From Candidatus Scalindua sp. (GTDB taxonomy: Bacteria > Planctomycetota > Brocadiia > Brocadiales > Scalinduaceae), in contig JALDRB010000001.1 in assembly GCA_031316155.1 (NCBI GenBank), positions 309,572 to 341,571 of the forward strand: a stretch of DNA of 32,000 bases, in the 5' to 3' direction. Both the position numbers and the translations under genes were made by a program. Positions 16,683 through 25,408 of the stretch are shown here, piece by piece; within the stretch, counting starts at the first letter, position 1, and each line of letters starts with the position of its first letter. The notes below the pieces were generated by a model. The model was not told the DNA's origin, made no database searches, and was given only the letters and a program-made list of their open reading frames with translations.

Positions 16683-17858
16683 ATGATGAAATTAGTATAT
16701 GTTGATAATAATGCTACTACTCAAGTTGATGCCAGCGTGCTTGAAGAAATGCTGCCATATTTTAGGGAATACTACGGGAATCCTTCAAGTTTGCATACGT
16801 TTGGGAGGCAAGTTGCAGGTAAGATTGATATTTCCAGAGAAAGGGTTGCTGACCTCTTGGGTGCAAGTGCGTCCGAAATTGTATTCACAAGCTGTGGAAC
16901 TGAAAGTAACAATAATGCAATACACTCTTCTTTAGAGGCTAATCCTCAAAAAAAGCACGTAGTTATAACGAAGGTAGAACATCCTGCTGTGTTAAATTTG
17001 TGCAGATATTTTGGAAAGAATGGTTATGAAGTAACGGAATTGCGTGTTGATGAGAATGGGATGCTTGATCAGAATGAGCTAAGAGAGTCTATAAGAGAGA
17101 ATACCGCTATTGTTTCGATTATGTTTGCAAACAATGAAACGGGCATTATCTTTCCGATCGAGGAAATCGGTAAAATAGTAAAAGAAAAAGGGGTACTCTT
17201 TCATTGTGATGCTGTGCAGGCCATCGGTAAAATACCGATAAATTTGAGAAACAGTTATATTGATTTACTGTCACTTTCCGGGCACAAGCTTCATGCATCA
17301 AAAGGCATTGGAGTCCTTTATATACGAAAAGGTGTAAGGGTTAATCCGTTAATTATTGGTGGTCATCAAGAAAGTAACAGGCGGAGTGGGACAGAAAACG
17401 TTCCGGCCATCATAGGGTTGGGAAAGGCTTGCGAATTAGCGAAAGAATCACTGGAAGATTATCAAAAAAGGGTTAAGGGTCTTAGAGATACGTTGGAGCA
17501 TGGTATTAAGGCGAGCATTTCAAACGTAAAAATAAATGGAGAAAAGAGCAGCCGTTTGCCAAATACGAGTAATATAGCTTTTGAGTATGTTGAAGGTGAG
17601 GCTATCTTGCTGTTACTTGACATGGCAGGTATCGCCGCATCATCTGGCTCTGCCTGTACAACTGGCTCAACGGAACCTTCACATGTTTTGCAAGCGATGG
17701 GAGCCCCTCCCTCTCAAAGCAGAGGAGCTATTAGGTTCAGTCTTAGTAGATATAACTCAGACGATGAAATTCGTTACATTCTCGAAAAATTGCCACCAAT
17801 CATTAAGAAATTACAAGATCTTTCTCCGGTCTTTGAAGATTCACAGCTTAGCACTTGA
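16683..17858 (+). CDS. nifS: Cysteine desulfurase (NifS/IscS family, class V aminotransferase)
   Basis: It carries VYVDNNATT, the PLP lysine context SLSGHKLHASKGIG and the catalytic Cys loop ASSGSACTTGS. GGAG precedes ATG 16683; the ORF is open from TTG 16668. Confidence 0.9.
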   Translation: MMKLVYVDNNATTQVDASVLEEMLPYFREYYGNPSSLHTFGRQVAGKIDISRERVADLLGASASEIVFTSCGTESNNNAIHSSLEANPQKKHVVITKVEHPAVLNLCRYFGKNGYEVTELRVDENGMLDQNELRESIRENTAIVSIMFANNETGIIFPIEEIGKIVKEKGVLFHCDAVQAIGKIPINLRNSYIDLLSLSGHKLHASKGIGVLYIRKGVRVNPLIIGGHQESNRRSGTENVPAIIGLGKACELAKESLEDYQKRVKGLRDTLEHGIKASISNVKINGEKSSRLPNTSNIAFEYVEGEAILLLLDMAGIAASSGSACTTGSTEPSHVLQAMGAPPSQSRGAIRFSLSRYNSDDEIRYILEKLPPIIKKLQDLSPVFEDSQLST

Positions 17859-17901
17859 TATGGAGCTCCTTCCGGAATCGGCGAATTTTAACGTTAATTT
17901 G

Positions 17902-17952
17902 TGGAGAATCGTTCCTGTTTTGCAGGTGTGCAGAGGGGGATACGATTCTCCA
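17902..17952. terminator. Hairpin between convergent nifS and htrA
   Basis: A perfect 11-bp stem, tggagaatcgt (17902-17912) / acgattctcca (17942-17952), with a 29-nt structured loop. There is no strong U-tract on either side. Confidence 0.3.
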
Positions 17953-17975
17953 TCTATTAACCCTGTCTATACTTG

Positions 17976-19487
17976 CTATTTATTCTTAATTATTACAAAC
18001 TGCGTGAATTTCTCTCTTCTTACAAGCAGTAAAATGTCACTCTCTTTGTCTGTTTTTTTTATCGCTTGTTTAAATTCGTTTAAATTGTTAATTTTTTTGC
18101 GGTTGACTTCTTTAATTAAGTCTCCTTCCTTTATGTCAGATTGAGCTGCAGCACTGTCCGGCTCAACTGATGAGACAACAACACCATTTTCATCCTCATA
18201 ACCCAAACTGTCAGCCAATTCTTTCGTTAATTCCTGTGCCGTTATTCCCAGATCATTACCGACAGGAGAGAGTCCTCCTGCAAACAAATCTGCAGGCTGT
18301 TCTTCAATAGTGACGGTTAATACTTTTTCTTTGCTTCCTCTTAAAACTTTGACTTCTACTTTCTTGCCAACACTTGTCTGGGCTACTATATTTCGTAATT
18401 GATTGAGATCTGTTATATTACTGTTGTCGAACATGATTATAATATCTCCTCGTTCAAAACCAGCCTTTTCTGCGGGAGACTCTTTTTGTATATCACTGAT
18501 TAAGACACCTTCAGTAATATCTACATCAAATTGTTTTGCAAGTGAAGGGTCAAGGTCTTGAATTACAACTCCCAGCCATCCACGGGTGACCTTTCCTTTA
18601 TCTATCAGGTCTCTCAGTACAGCTTTTGCCATATTCACGGGTATTGCGAACCCGATTCCCTGATACCCTCCTGTGCGTGTTACGATTACCGTATTAATAC
18701 CTATGACCTCACCCTTTATGTTAACCAATGGTCCTCCACTATTCCCCGGGTTAATGGCTGCATCAGTCTGGAGAAAGTCCTCATATTGGGCAATCCCGAC
18801 ACCTGACCTCTTCGTAGCGCTTATTACGCCGAGTGAAAGGGTGTTGCTGAATCCAAAAGGGTTACCAACTGCAATTGCCCACTGACCCGGTCTCATTTCA
18901 TCAGAATTACCCAACTTTGCAGGAATCAAATTTTCTCCCTCAATTTTGACTACGGCCAAGTCTGTTTGTGGGTCTGTTCCAATTATTACGGCATCAAACT
19001 CTCTATTATCTCCAAGCTTGATCTTTAATTCGTCAGTATCCTCAACGACATGATTATTGGTTAAGATGTATCCTCTCTCGTCAACAATTACTCCGGAGCC
19101 AAGGCTTTGTGTCTTAAATTCGCCTTCTGGTATTCTGGGAAAAAATTTTTCGAAAAAGTCGTCTCCAAAAAAATCACGGAATGGATCATTTTCTCTTTTT
19201 TGTCTATTTCCATGGAAGTTACCCGCGGGGTGCTTGATAACCTTTACTGTCGTGACAGAAACAACTGAGGGTTTAATATATTCGGCCACAAGCTCAAGGG
19301 ATTTTTCTAAAGTATTTGCCGCACTCTGTAGTTTCTCGATCTTTTTTAACAGTTCTTCGGTTTCTTCTGTGGTTGATGCATATAAAGTGCTTAATAAAGT
19401 GAAACATACAGTCGCTATCGGTAAGATAATTAACGTTAATAATAGAGTAGAAAGTTGTTTTTTTATGTTCTGGTTTTTCTTATACAC
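17976..19487 (-). CDS. htrA: Periplasmic serine endoprotease DegP/HtrA with two PDZ domains
   Basis: The catalytic contexts TNNHVV and GNSGGPL are present, with two PDZ-like C-terminal segments and an N-terminal signal anchor. GTG at 19487 lies 5 nt after AAGGAGG. Confidence 0.9.
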   Translation of the reverse strand: MYKKNQNIKKQLSTLLLTLIILPIATVCFTLLSTLYASTTEETEELLKKIEKLQSAANTLEKSLELVAEYIKPSVVSVTTVKVIKHPAGNFHGNRQKRENDPFRDFFGDDFFEKFFPRIPEGEFKTQSLGSGVIVDERGYILTNNHVVEDTDELKIKLGDNREFDAVIIGTDPQTDLAVVKIEGENLIPAKLGNSDEMRPGQWAIAVGNPFGFSNTLSLGVISATKRSGVGIAQYEDFLQTDAAINPGNSGGPLVNIKGEVIGINTVIVTRTGGYQGIGFAIPVNMAKAVLRDLIDKGKVTRGWLGVVIQDLDPSLAKQFDVDITEGVLISDIQKESPAEKAGFERGDIIIMFDNSNITDLNQLRNIVAQTSVGKKVEVKVLRGSKEKVLTVTIEEQPADLFAGGLSPVGNDLGITAQELTKELADSLGYEDENGVVVSSVEPDSAAAQSDIKEGDLIKEVNRKKINNLNEFKQAIKKTDKESDILLLVRREKFTQFVIIKNK

Positions 19488-19611
19488 AGGTGCCTCCTTA
19501 GCGGTACCAAGAAATTGTTTAAAAAATTTTTCGCTGCGTCCATTAAATGAGCTGCTCGCATGGTTTTAAAGTTCCGTGCTCGATCATGTAATTCGGATGG
19601 CGGGAGAAAGC

Positions 19612-22278
19612 TTATTTATATTGCAACTCTTTTTCAATACATTTTACTCGATCTTTAGCTTGCTCTGTACGGATATAGGTTAGTTCACGTATAGAACCGA
19701 ACAGTTCGATTGATTTCTTTTCATCTATGATGTATGTGTAGGCATCTTTTGCCCTATTATAATATACTTTCTGTTCATTCTCAAATAATAAGGCTAACTC
19801 TTCATAAAGATTACCGATACGATACTGGGCATTTACGGGTGTGATTCCTTCAAATTTTTCTATTATTTCCTGGAATCTCTTTATTGCTTTGGTATAACTA
19901 ATTTTAGATCCCTCGCAATCTCCCACATCAAAGAGTGCCAAACCCACATAATGGTATGCTTCTGCCACGGCATATGAATGTTCTTGTGCTTCATCTTTGT
20001 GTCCTTCCTTAAGCTCTTCCAGGATATTTTTATATCTCTGTTCCATCGCTTCTACAAGACTAATGCTCAGCGGGATCTCAGAATCTTCTAACTCATTACA
20101 GCTTGCCACTTTTACGTGAGGGAAAAGAAGCTTCGTGAGACAAGCGGGGTCCAAACCCTTTATAAAATAGAGTTCACCTATAGAGTTTATTTTGGCATTG
20201 GTTTTCCGGTAATGCAAGATAATCTTTGTCTCTTCCTCGCTTACTCCAAATTCATTCTTCAATATGCCGGACAAATAATCATCATTTGCCCTGCAGAAAG
20301 CTTTGTACAATCCCAGCAGCTTAATCAGGATTGCTAATTTCTGAGAAGGTGTTGCTCCGTGTAAGACTGTTCTCCGGAAAAAAATCAGCCAGGGATTTTT
20401 ACAGGAAAAATGTAAAAATTTTGACCTTTCATAAAAAACCTGAAGGGCCGTGGCAAGTTTGTGCATGTTCCAGTCTGCAGATTCTCTGTAGCCGTACTCC
20501 TGATATATCCTGTCTATCCGTTGAAAGTATTCCTCTATAACGTCTCTCATCTCAATGGAATTTACTTTCCGGTGCAGTTTCAATTCATGAGGTCTGTATT
20601 TCAAAGCTTCTCTATAGCAGCAGAGAGCATCATTATATTTTTTTGCATGACAGCTTTTGTCTCCCATAAATTCATAGAATCGTTTAAACATTTTTTTGTT
20701 TCTGAGTGCTTCCATCTCTTCTTTGTCTAAGCAGTCCGACTGTACAAAGTGTTCAATAATCTCTTTTGGAGTTTGCAGCGATACCTTTGTAAGAAATTCT
20801 AATCCAGAGATATATTCATAAACAGAGTTGCATTTCTTGGTTAAATCGCTTTCCGGTGTAAGTTGTTTTTTTGCTTTTTGAACACAATCTCTTGCCTCTT
20901 GAAACAGGCCAAACTCAGCATATGCCTTTCCTAATTGAATGAGTAAGCTTGCACCTGTTTGTTCATTTGTTTGTTGTGTGTGTTCGTATTCACTCCTGTA
21001 TTTACCAATTGTTGTCTTGTAAACGATAGGGATAATTTCAATGGTATTACTGAAAACACGAATTACATATACTTTTACGTCTCCCGTATCAGGTTCTATC
21101 GTTACCCCTGGAACTTCTTTGCCATCAGGAAACCTTATCCATGGGTTTTTTTTTATTATGGCGGATGTGAAAATGGTACTTTTCCCTTTTGCCAGGTCTT
21201 TTGAGCTCAAGATCTTATTCCAGGGCATTTCATCTTTTTTTTCTGTGCCGGGTCTCACTATCTTGAAATTCCTCAAAGTATCTATTTCATTCTTTTTAAA
21301 ATGGTCCCAATTTTTTCTTTTTTTTATTAACAGTTCATCGAGTGCCACTTCATTTGGCAATATTCTCAACGACATTTCACCTCCCAGTCGTTCAACAATT
21401 ATTCCACTCAGAACTGCTTCAGGCACTCCTCCTACACCGACAATGAGATCTATTTCGTTTCTTACTGCTGCAAAAGTTGGGGTAAGGTCATCATCTTTGA
21501 CAAGGATTGCTGTGGCTCCCAGGTTTGTGATTGTTTCAGCGAGAGTTTTATGTCTTTGCCTATCCAGCGTCAGAACCTTCATCGTCTGGAGTTCACAGCA
21601 GATATTCTGCGGAGAAGTTATCATGCCTTTATTTTTCAGTGCGTGCTCTGCCATTAACTTGAGATTATGCGTAACAGATTGATTTGCAGTTACACCTGCC
21701 CCTTTATATTTGTTCCCGACAATGGTTTTAATTCCGTACATGTCAGGAGAATTGAACAGCTCACCTCTATTGCTATATCCAACGGCAAAGATTACGCCTC
21801 CTTTAGATTCAGGATTAACGATACATTGATCATTTTCAAAGGCACTCAGTACAATATCTGCCTCATTTACCTTATAACCTGTGGCAGATCCGAATTTTTC
21901 TCCTATGTACAACATGGGCATATCCTTCCGTTCTCCCTCTGCATTCACCACATACGCTTTCCACCAGTTAAAACTGTTGTAGATGTGCCTCAACAACCAG
22001 ACAGCCATATCCCGTGTGCGATAGATATTAAAATTCTCTCCATTGGTACTGAAATATTTCAATGACCGGGCAGCAACAACCCCAACTGCATGCCGTAATT
22101 CGTTTCTGTTTTCCAATTGAAGTCCGATTCCTGGAACAATCAGATTGTTTTCTTCCGGTATGTATGCTTCTGTTATATAGGAGTCATAGAGCATCTTGGA
22201 ACTAAACAGTTCGTCCTTAATAAAAGAAATATTTTCTTTCATCTTTAGTTTAAGCAGTTGAGTGTTAATGTAACTCAA
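19612..22278 (-). CDS. GlpX-like (class II FBPase fold) domain fused to a long TPR-like helical C-terminus (888 aa)
   Basis: Residues ~60-320 follow GlpX family motifs (MPMLYIGEKFGS, LVKDDD, GVGGVPEAVLSGIIVERLGGEMSLRI). The C-terminal ~430 aa carry TPR-like repeats (e.g. AEAYHYVGLALFDVGDCEGSKISYTKAIKRFQ). TTG at 22278 overlaps the upstream gene; ATG at 22242 is an alternative start. Confidence 0.7.
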   Translation of the reverse strand: MSYINTQLLKLKMKENISFIKDELFSSKMLYDSYITEAYIPEENNLIVPGIGLQLENRNELRHAVGVVAARSLKYFSTNGENFNIYRTRDMAVWLLRHIYNSFNWWKAYVVNAEGERKDMPMLYIGEKFGSATGYKVNEADIVLSAFENDQCIVNPESKGGVIFAVGYSNRGELFNSPDMYGIKTIVGNKYKGAGVTANQSVTHNLKLMAEHALKNKGMITSPQNICCELQTMKVLTLDRQRHKTLAETITNLGATAILVKDDDLTPTFAAVRNEIDLIVGVGGVPEAVLSGIIVERLGGEMSLRILPNEVALDELLIKKRKNWDHFKKNEIDTLRNFKIVRPGTEKKDEMPWNKILSSKDLAKGKSTIFTSAIIKKNPWIRFPDGKEVPGVTIEPDTGDVKVYVIRVFSNTIEIIPIVYKTTIGKYRSEYEHTQQTNEQTGASLLIQLGKAYAEFGLFQEARDCVQKAKKQLTPESDLTKKCNSVYEYISGLEFLTKVSLQTPKEIIEHFVQSDCLDKEEMEALRNKKMFKRFYEFMGDKSCHAKKYNDALCCYREALKYRPHELKLHRKVNSIEMRDVIEEYFQRIDRIYQEYGYRESADWNMHKLATALQVFYERSKFLHFSCKNPWLIFFRRTVLHGATPSQKLAILIKLLGLYKAFCRANDDYLSGILKNEFGVSEEETKIILHYRKTNAKINSIGELYFIKGLDPACLTKLLFPHVKVASCNELEDSEIPLSISLVEAMEQRYKNILEELKEGHKDEAQEHSYAVAEAYHYVGLALFDVGDCEGSKISYTKAIKRFQEIIEKFEGITPVNAQYRIGNLYEELALLFENEQKVYYNRAKDAYTYIIDEKKSIELFGSIRELTYIRTEQAKDRVKCIEKELQYK

Positions 22279-23755
22279 AATCTAATTCTTTAAAATCATT
22301 CAGGTGGTTAAATTTGTCCATATCTTCCAGGAATATCTCACTTTCCGTCCTTCGTAAGGAACGGGTAGCATCCTTTATGCGAAAATATGGTCTTAACAAT
22401 AAGACCCTGAGGAGGTTGACAAGCGGAAACCTTGACTTAAAGGATGGAGTTGTTTTAAAAAATGTGGAGTATTTGCGTTTGTACTTCCATTTTAAGAACT
22501 GTAACTCCTCAGAACTGAGATGTTTCGTGCGCACATTGGCCCAAAAACCATTATACTTGCTATAGTCTTCCCTATTGGAAACAAGGTTTGCCTTAATAAG
22601 TTCCTCACGGATGCCGGTTTTAGGATATGGTGTAATTATCTGATCACTAATGAAATCGATATTGTGTCTGTCGAAAAATTCATAGTTCTGTGCAATATCT
22701 TCTTCCTTATCATCCTGATTTCCAATAATCATACCTCCTATAATAAGCATATCTTTATCGTGGAGAAGTTCAACTGCTTTCTTTATGCTCTCCAGAATAT
22801 TGCCTTTCTTCATCATCTTGAGATTACGGGTGGAAACATTTTCAATACCCAGAAAAACAAATTCAAATCCCGCACGTGCCATTTTCGTTGCCAGGGTCTT
22901 TGAGGATGCGATTCCCGTGCAGGATGTTTGCACAATATAACGAATATCGTTATGCCCCTCACTCGTGATAGTATCACAGAGTTCCTCAAATCTCTTTGGG
23001 TTTAAGGTGATATTGTCGTCAGCAATTGCTAAATATTTTGCACCCTCTTTCTTTGCATGAGAAATGTCTTTGATAACACGTTCGATTTCATAGGCCCTGA
23101 ATTTTCTACCATACATATGGTTCATGCTGCAAAAGTTGCAGGGCATCGTACAGCCACGGGAGGTTTCTATGATGTCAAGCTGTTTCGCTCCAAAAGAATA
23201 GCCCCTCCAAACCCGATTTGTCCTGTTTGGCAGAGCTATTTTCGAAAGGTCTTCAAGGGGCCGCGGTTGATTATGAATAAATATTCCCTCTTGACGGAAG
23301 GACAGCCCCATCACCTCGCTGAAATTGGCTTTACCTTCAATAGCACTGATTAATTCGCCAAAACTCAGATCACTCTCGCCCCGAAGAATAAAATCGAATG
23401 GGCCATCCTTGTTTTCCTCTCCGATCTCTCTATACATCAGTGTTGCGTGGTAACCACCTAACACAATTTTGATTGAACTGTCCAGGTTCTTGATAAATGC
23501 TGCAATGCGTCTGGCAGTATTAAATTGGAAGCTCATTGCACTAATACCGATAAGTGCAGGATTGTATTCAGAGAGGAGTTTTGTGATGGCTGAGGTTAGT
23601 CTATGCCGGACGAGAATAAGGTCTGCGAGATAGACATCGTGTTCCTTCAGATTCCCAGCGATGGAAGAAATAGCCAGATTGGGAGGTCTCCACCCCTTAA
23701 ATGCCGGTACCATATCTGGCATAGAAAAGAGTAATATCCTCATTTTATTGTGCAT
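22265..23755 (-). CDS. B12-binding (class B) radical SAM protein, second copy
   Basis: The CxxxCxxC motif is present (GCTMPCNFCSM). The N-terminal region is B12-binding-domain-like (ALIGISAMSFQFNTARRIAAFIKNLDSSIKIVLGGYHAT). Confidence 0.9.
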   Translation of the reverse strand: MHNKMRILLFSMPDMVPAFKGWRPPNLAISSIAGNLKEHDVYLADLILVRHRLTSAITKLLSEYNPALIGISAMSFQFNTARRIAAFIKNLDSSIKIVLGGYHATLMYREIGEENKDGPFDFILRGESDLSFGELISAIEGKANFSEVMGLSFRQEGIFIHNQPRPLEDLSKIALPNRTNRVWRGYSFGAKQLDIIETSRGCTMPCNFCSMNHMYGRKFRAYEIERVIKDISHAKKEGAKYLAIADDNITLNPKRFEELCDTITSEGHNDIRYIVQTSCTGIASSKTLATKMARAGFEFVFLGIENVSTRNLKMMKKGNILESIKKAVELLHDKDMLIIGGMIIGNQDDKEEDIAQNYEFFDRHNIDFISDQIITPYPKTGIREELIKANLVSNREDYSKYNGFWANVRTKHLSSEELQFLKWKYKRKYSTFFKTTPSFKSRFPLVNLLRVLLLRPYFRIKDATRSLRRTESEIFLEDMDKFNHLNDFKELDFELH

Positions 23756-23934
23756 ACCTTCGAAAGAGGATGTTCTATGATATTGATATTATATTGGTCT
23801 AAAATTCTCTCTAAGAAGAAAATTCCTCAAGCTCATAAAAAACTTGACATCTCTTGCTTTTTTATACCAAACATCAGGTGCATTGTAAATTAAATTTAAA
23901 TTCCAGGGGTAAGAGTCCTGGAAGTACATAATTT

Positions 23935-23972
23935 GACAGGTAAAACCGAAAACCAAATCGGTTTAGGGTATA
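23935..23972 (+). repeat. Intergenic repeat family, 3' module (copy C)
   Basis: gacaggtaaaaccgaaaaccaaatcggtttagggtata matches copy B (24985-25022) with 1 mismatch over the first 30 nt. Its end overlaps the stop codon of the M23-like gene. Confidence 0.5.
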
Positions 23973-24583
23973 ATCATCTTTATCTTATCCTCTATTGAGT
24001 ATTTACAATCTATGAAATCAAGCGGATTGGAAAGTGTAACGCTGTCAGGATTGCCCAGCTCCTCCCAGTTCAGTTTCTCACAGGAAAGAGTTTCAGGCAG
24101 CCAGGCCAGGGTAATATGTGCGTGCGGAGGTATCCTTCCTTTCTCAGGTGCAGGGGCGATGGTTGCGATTATGTCACCCTCTCGGACGCCATGTTCGACT
24201 TTACAGATATTCCCGGGAAGTACATGCCCGTATATCGAGTGAAGTTTACAGCCTTTCTTGCCATCGATGCTGTGTCTCACATATATCGATTTACCAAGGA
24301 AATCATCGTGAATGTGTGTTATCACACCGTCATACATAACGGGGATCCTTGCTTTTTCATCAAGGCGGTGGATCTTTCCGGCGCGGTCTCTGAAGAGACA
24401 CAGGTCTATCCCCTCATGGGGTACGGGGCGGGCATTGCCTTGCGTCCACCAGGAATTAAGGTCCTGAAACAGCATCCCGGGACAGAAGACCCACTCACTG
24501 AAACCGTATGCATGAAAATCATTGTGCTGTTCAAAGAATGTATTGAATGCTGAGACTGGTATTGGATTTTTTTTCATGTTCAT
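23963..24583 (-). CDS. M23 (LytM-type) metallopeptidase-like protein, no signal peptide
   Basis: The HxxxD motif (PHEGIDL), a central SIYGHV and a C-terminal HxH (PPHAHITL) occur in the order typical of peptidase M23. Confidence 0.65.
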   Translation of the reverse strand: MNMKKNPIPVSAFNTFFEQHNDFHAYGFSEWVFCPGMLFQDLNSWWTQGNARPVPHEGIDLCLFRDRAGKIHRLDEKARIPVMYDGVITHIHDDFLGKSIYVRHSIDGKKGCKLHSIYGHVLPGNICKVEHGVREGDIIATIAPAPEKGRIPPHAHITLAWLPETLSCEKLNWEELGNPDSVTLSNPLDFIDCKYSIEDKIKMIIP

Positions 24584-24783
24584 AAAGTGTTACGATACGT
24601 GATAAGGGTACAGGGAGAGTTTTGAAAGATTTGCCCTTGCGGTGGTTTTTACTAACGACACTTTTTGCGGGGAGAGACGTTGTTCGTTTTTGGAACTGTC
24701 GTTGTCAAGCACAATTCCGGCAAGCTTATGATAAATTGGAAGGCTTTCTTCAACAAGATGAGTGGGCGGCAATAGAAACTAAA

Positions 24784-24822
24784 GCTATCCGAAACAGACA
24801 TACGCAATCTGTTTCGGATAGC
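24784..24822 (-). terminator. Strong hairpin, possible terminator of the SWIB transcription unit
   Basis: A perfect 15-bp stem, gctatccgaaacaga (24784-24798) / tctgtttcggatagc (24808-24822), with a 9-nt loop. On the minus strand it is followed by TTTAGTTTC. Confidence 0.4.
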
Positions 24823-24936
24823 ATGAGATGATAGTAAATTTTTAATAAATTTCTGAATAACTGAAAACCCTTATCAAATATTCCCTAACCCTTCAATTTC
24901 GACAACTGCAATTAAAGGGTGTTTACTATTAATTGC

Positions 24937-25025
24937 TATACTCATCTTGTAATGGTTTTCCAGCCTGCCTGTGCGATGCACGCAGACAGGTAAAACCGAA
25001 AAACAAATCGGTTTTAGTATATCTG
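24937..25025 (+). repeat. Intergenic repeat family, full copy B (candidate sRNA or MITE)
   Basis: The 5' module is TATACTCATCTTGTAATGGTTTT (24937-24959). A central imperfect hairpin follows (cctgtgcg...cgcagacagg). The 3' module is GTAAAACCGAAAAACAAATCGGTTTTAGTATATCTG (24990-25025), with the hairpin aaaaccga/tcggtttt. It is preceded by TCGACA (24899-24904), a 17-nt spacer, TTTACT (24922-24927) and then 9 nt. Confidence 0.6.
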
Positions 25026-25050
25026 AAGTTTTGATCGGTTCACCAGCACT

Positions 25051-25383
25051 TTAAGCTGATTCTATGTTTGCGCTGACAATAGCGGCCATCTGCATCATGT
25101 TGATCGTCTGACCTTCTTTCAGCTTTGTAAGGTCAGTGGTTTTACCTGATTTGCTTTTGGATTTTGTGTTTTTGAAGATCGGGAGCAATTTGGAATCAGC
25201 CACAATGAACTTGCCTGCATTCTCAGGTTTTCCATTTTCAGTCTTTGTCTGAAGTTTATTTGTTTTAATATAGTCCCATATTTTTTTGGTGATCTCTGTC
25301 CTGGGAAGTTCCGTTGCTCCCAGAAACTCTGCCAGTGCTTTTTTTAGCTTTACCGGTTTACTCAATCCTTTTGCTTCTGCCAT
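25051..25383 (-). CDS. SWIB/MDM2 domain protein
   Basis: LKKALAEFLGATELPRTEITKKIWDYIKTNKLQ is the SWIB signature region. ATG at 25383 is preceded by AAGGAGA; the ORF is open further, to 25464. Confidence 0.8.
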   Translation of the reverse strand: MAEAKGLSKPVKLKKALAEFLGATELPRTEITKKIWDYIKTNKLQTKTENGKPENAGKFIVADSKLLPIFKNTKSKSKSGKTTDLTKLKEGQTINMMQMAAIVSANIESA

Positions 25384-25408
25384 TTTTTTTTCTCCTTCAT
25401 ATTTAGAT

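Noticed and set aside
17581-18144. 187-aa plus-strand ORF spanning the nifS 3' end and htrA 3' end
   Set aside because: It overlaps two well-supported genes in other frames or strands. It is an artefact of an open frame across the convergent junction.
21041-21682. 213-aa plus-strand ORF inside the GlpX-like/TPR gene (plus several 70-130-aa neighbours)
   Set aside because: It is antisense to a CDS with GlpX motifs and is Ser/Phe-rich with no protein-like pattern.
24590-24831. 60-aa (-) and 69-aa (+) ORFs in the M23/SWIB intergenic region
   Set aside because: They overlap each other, have no SD and belong to no family I recognise. The hairpin and repeat elements explain the region better.
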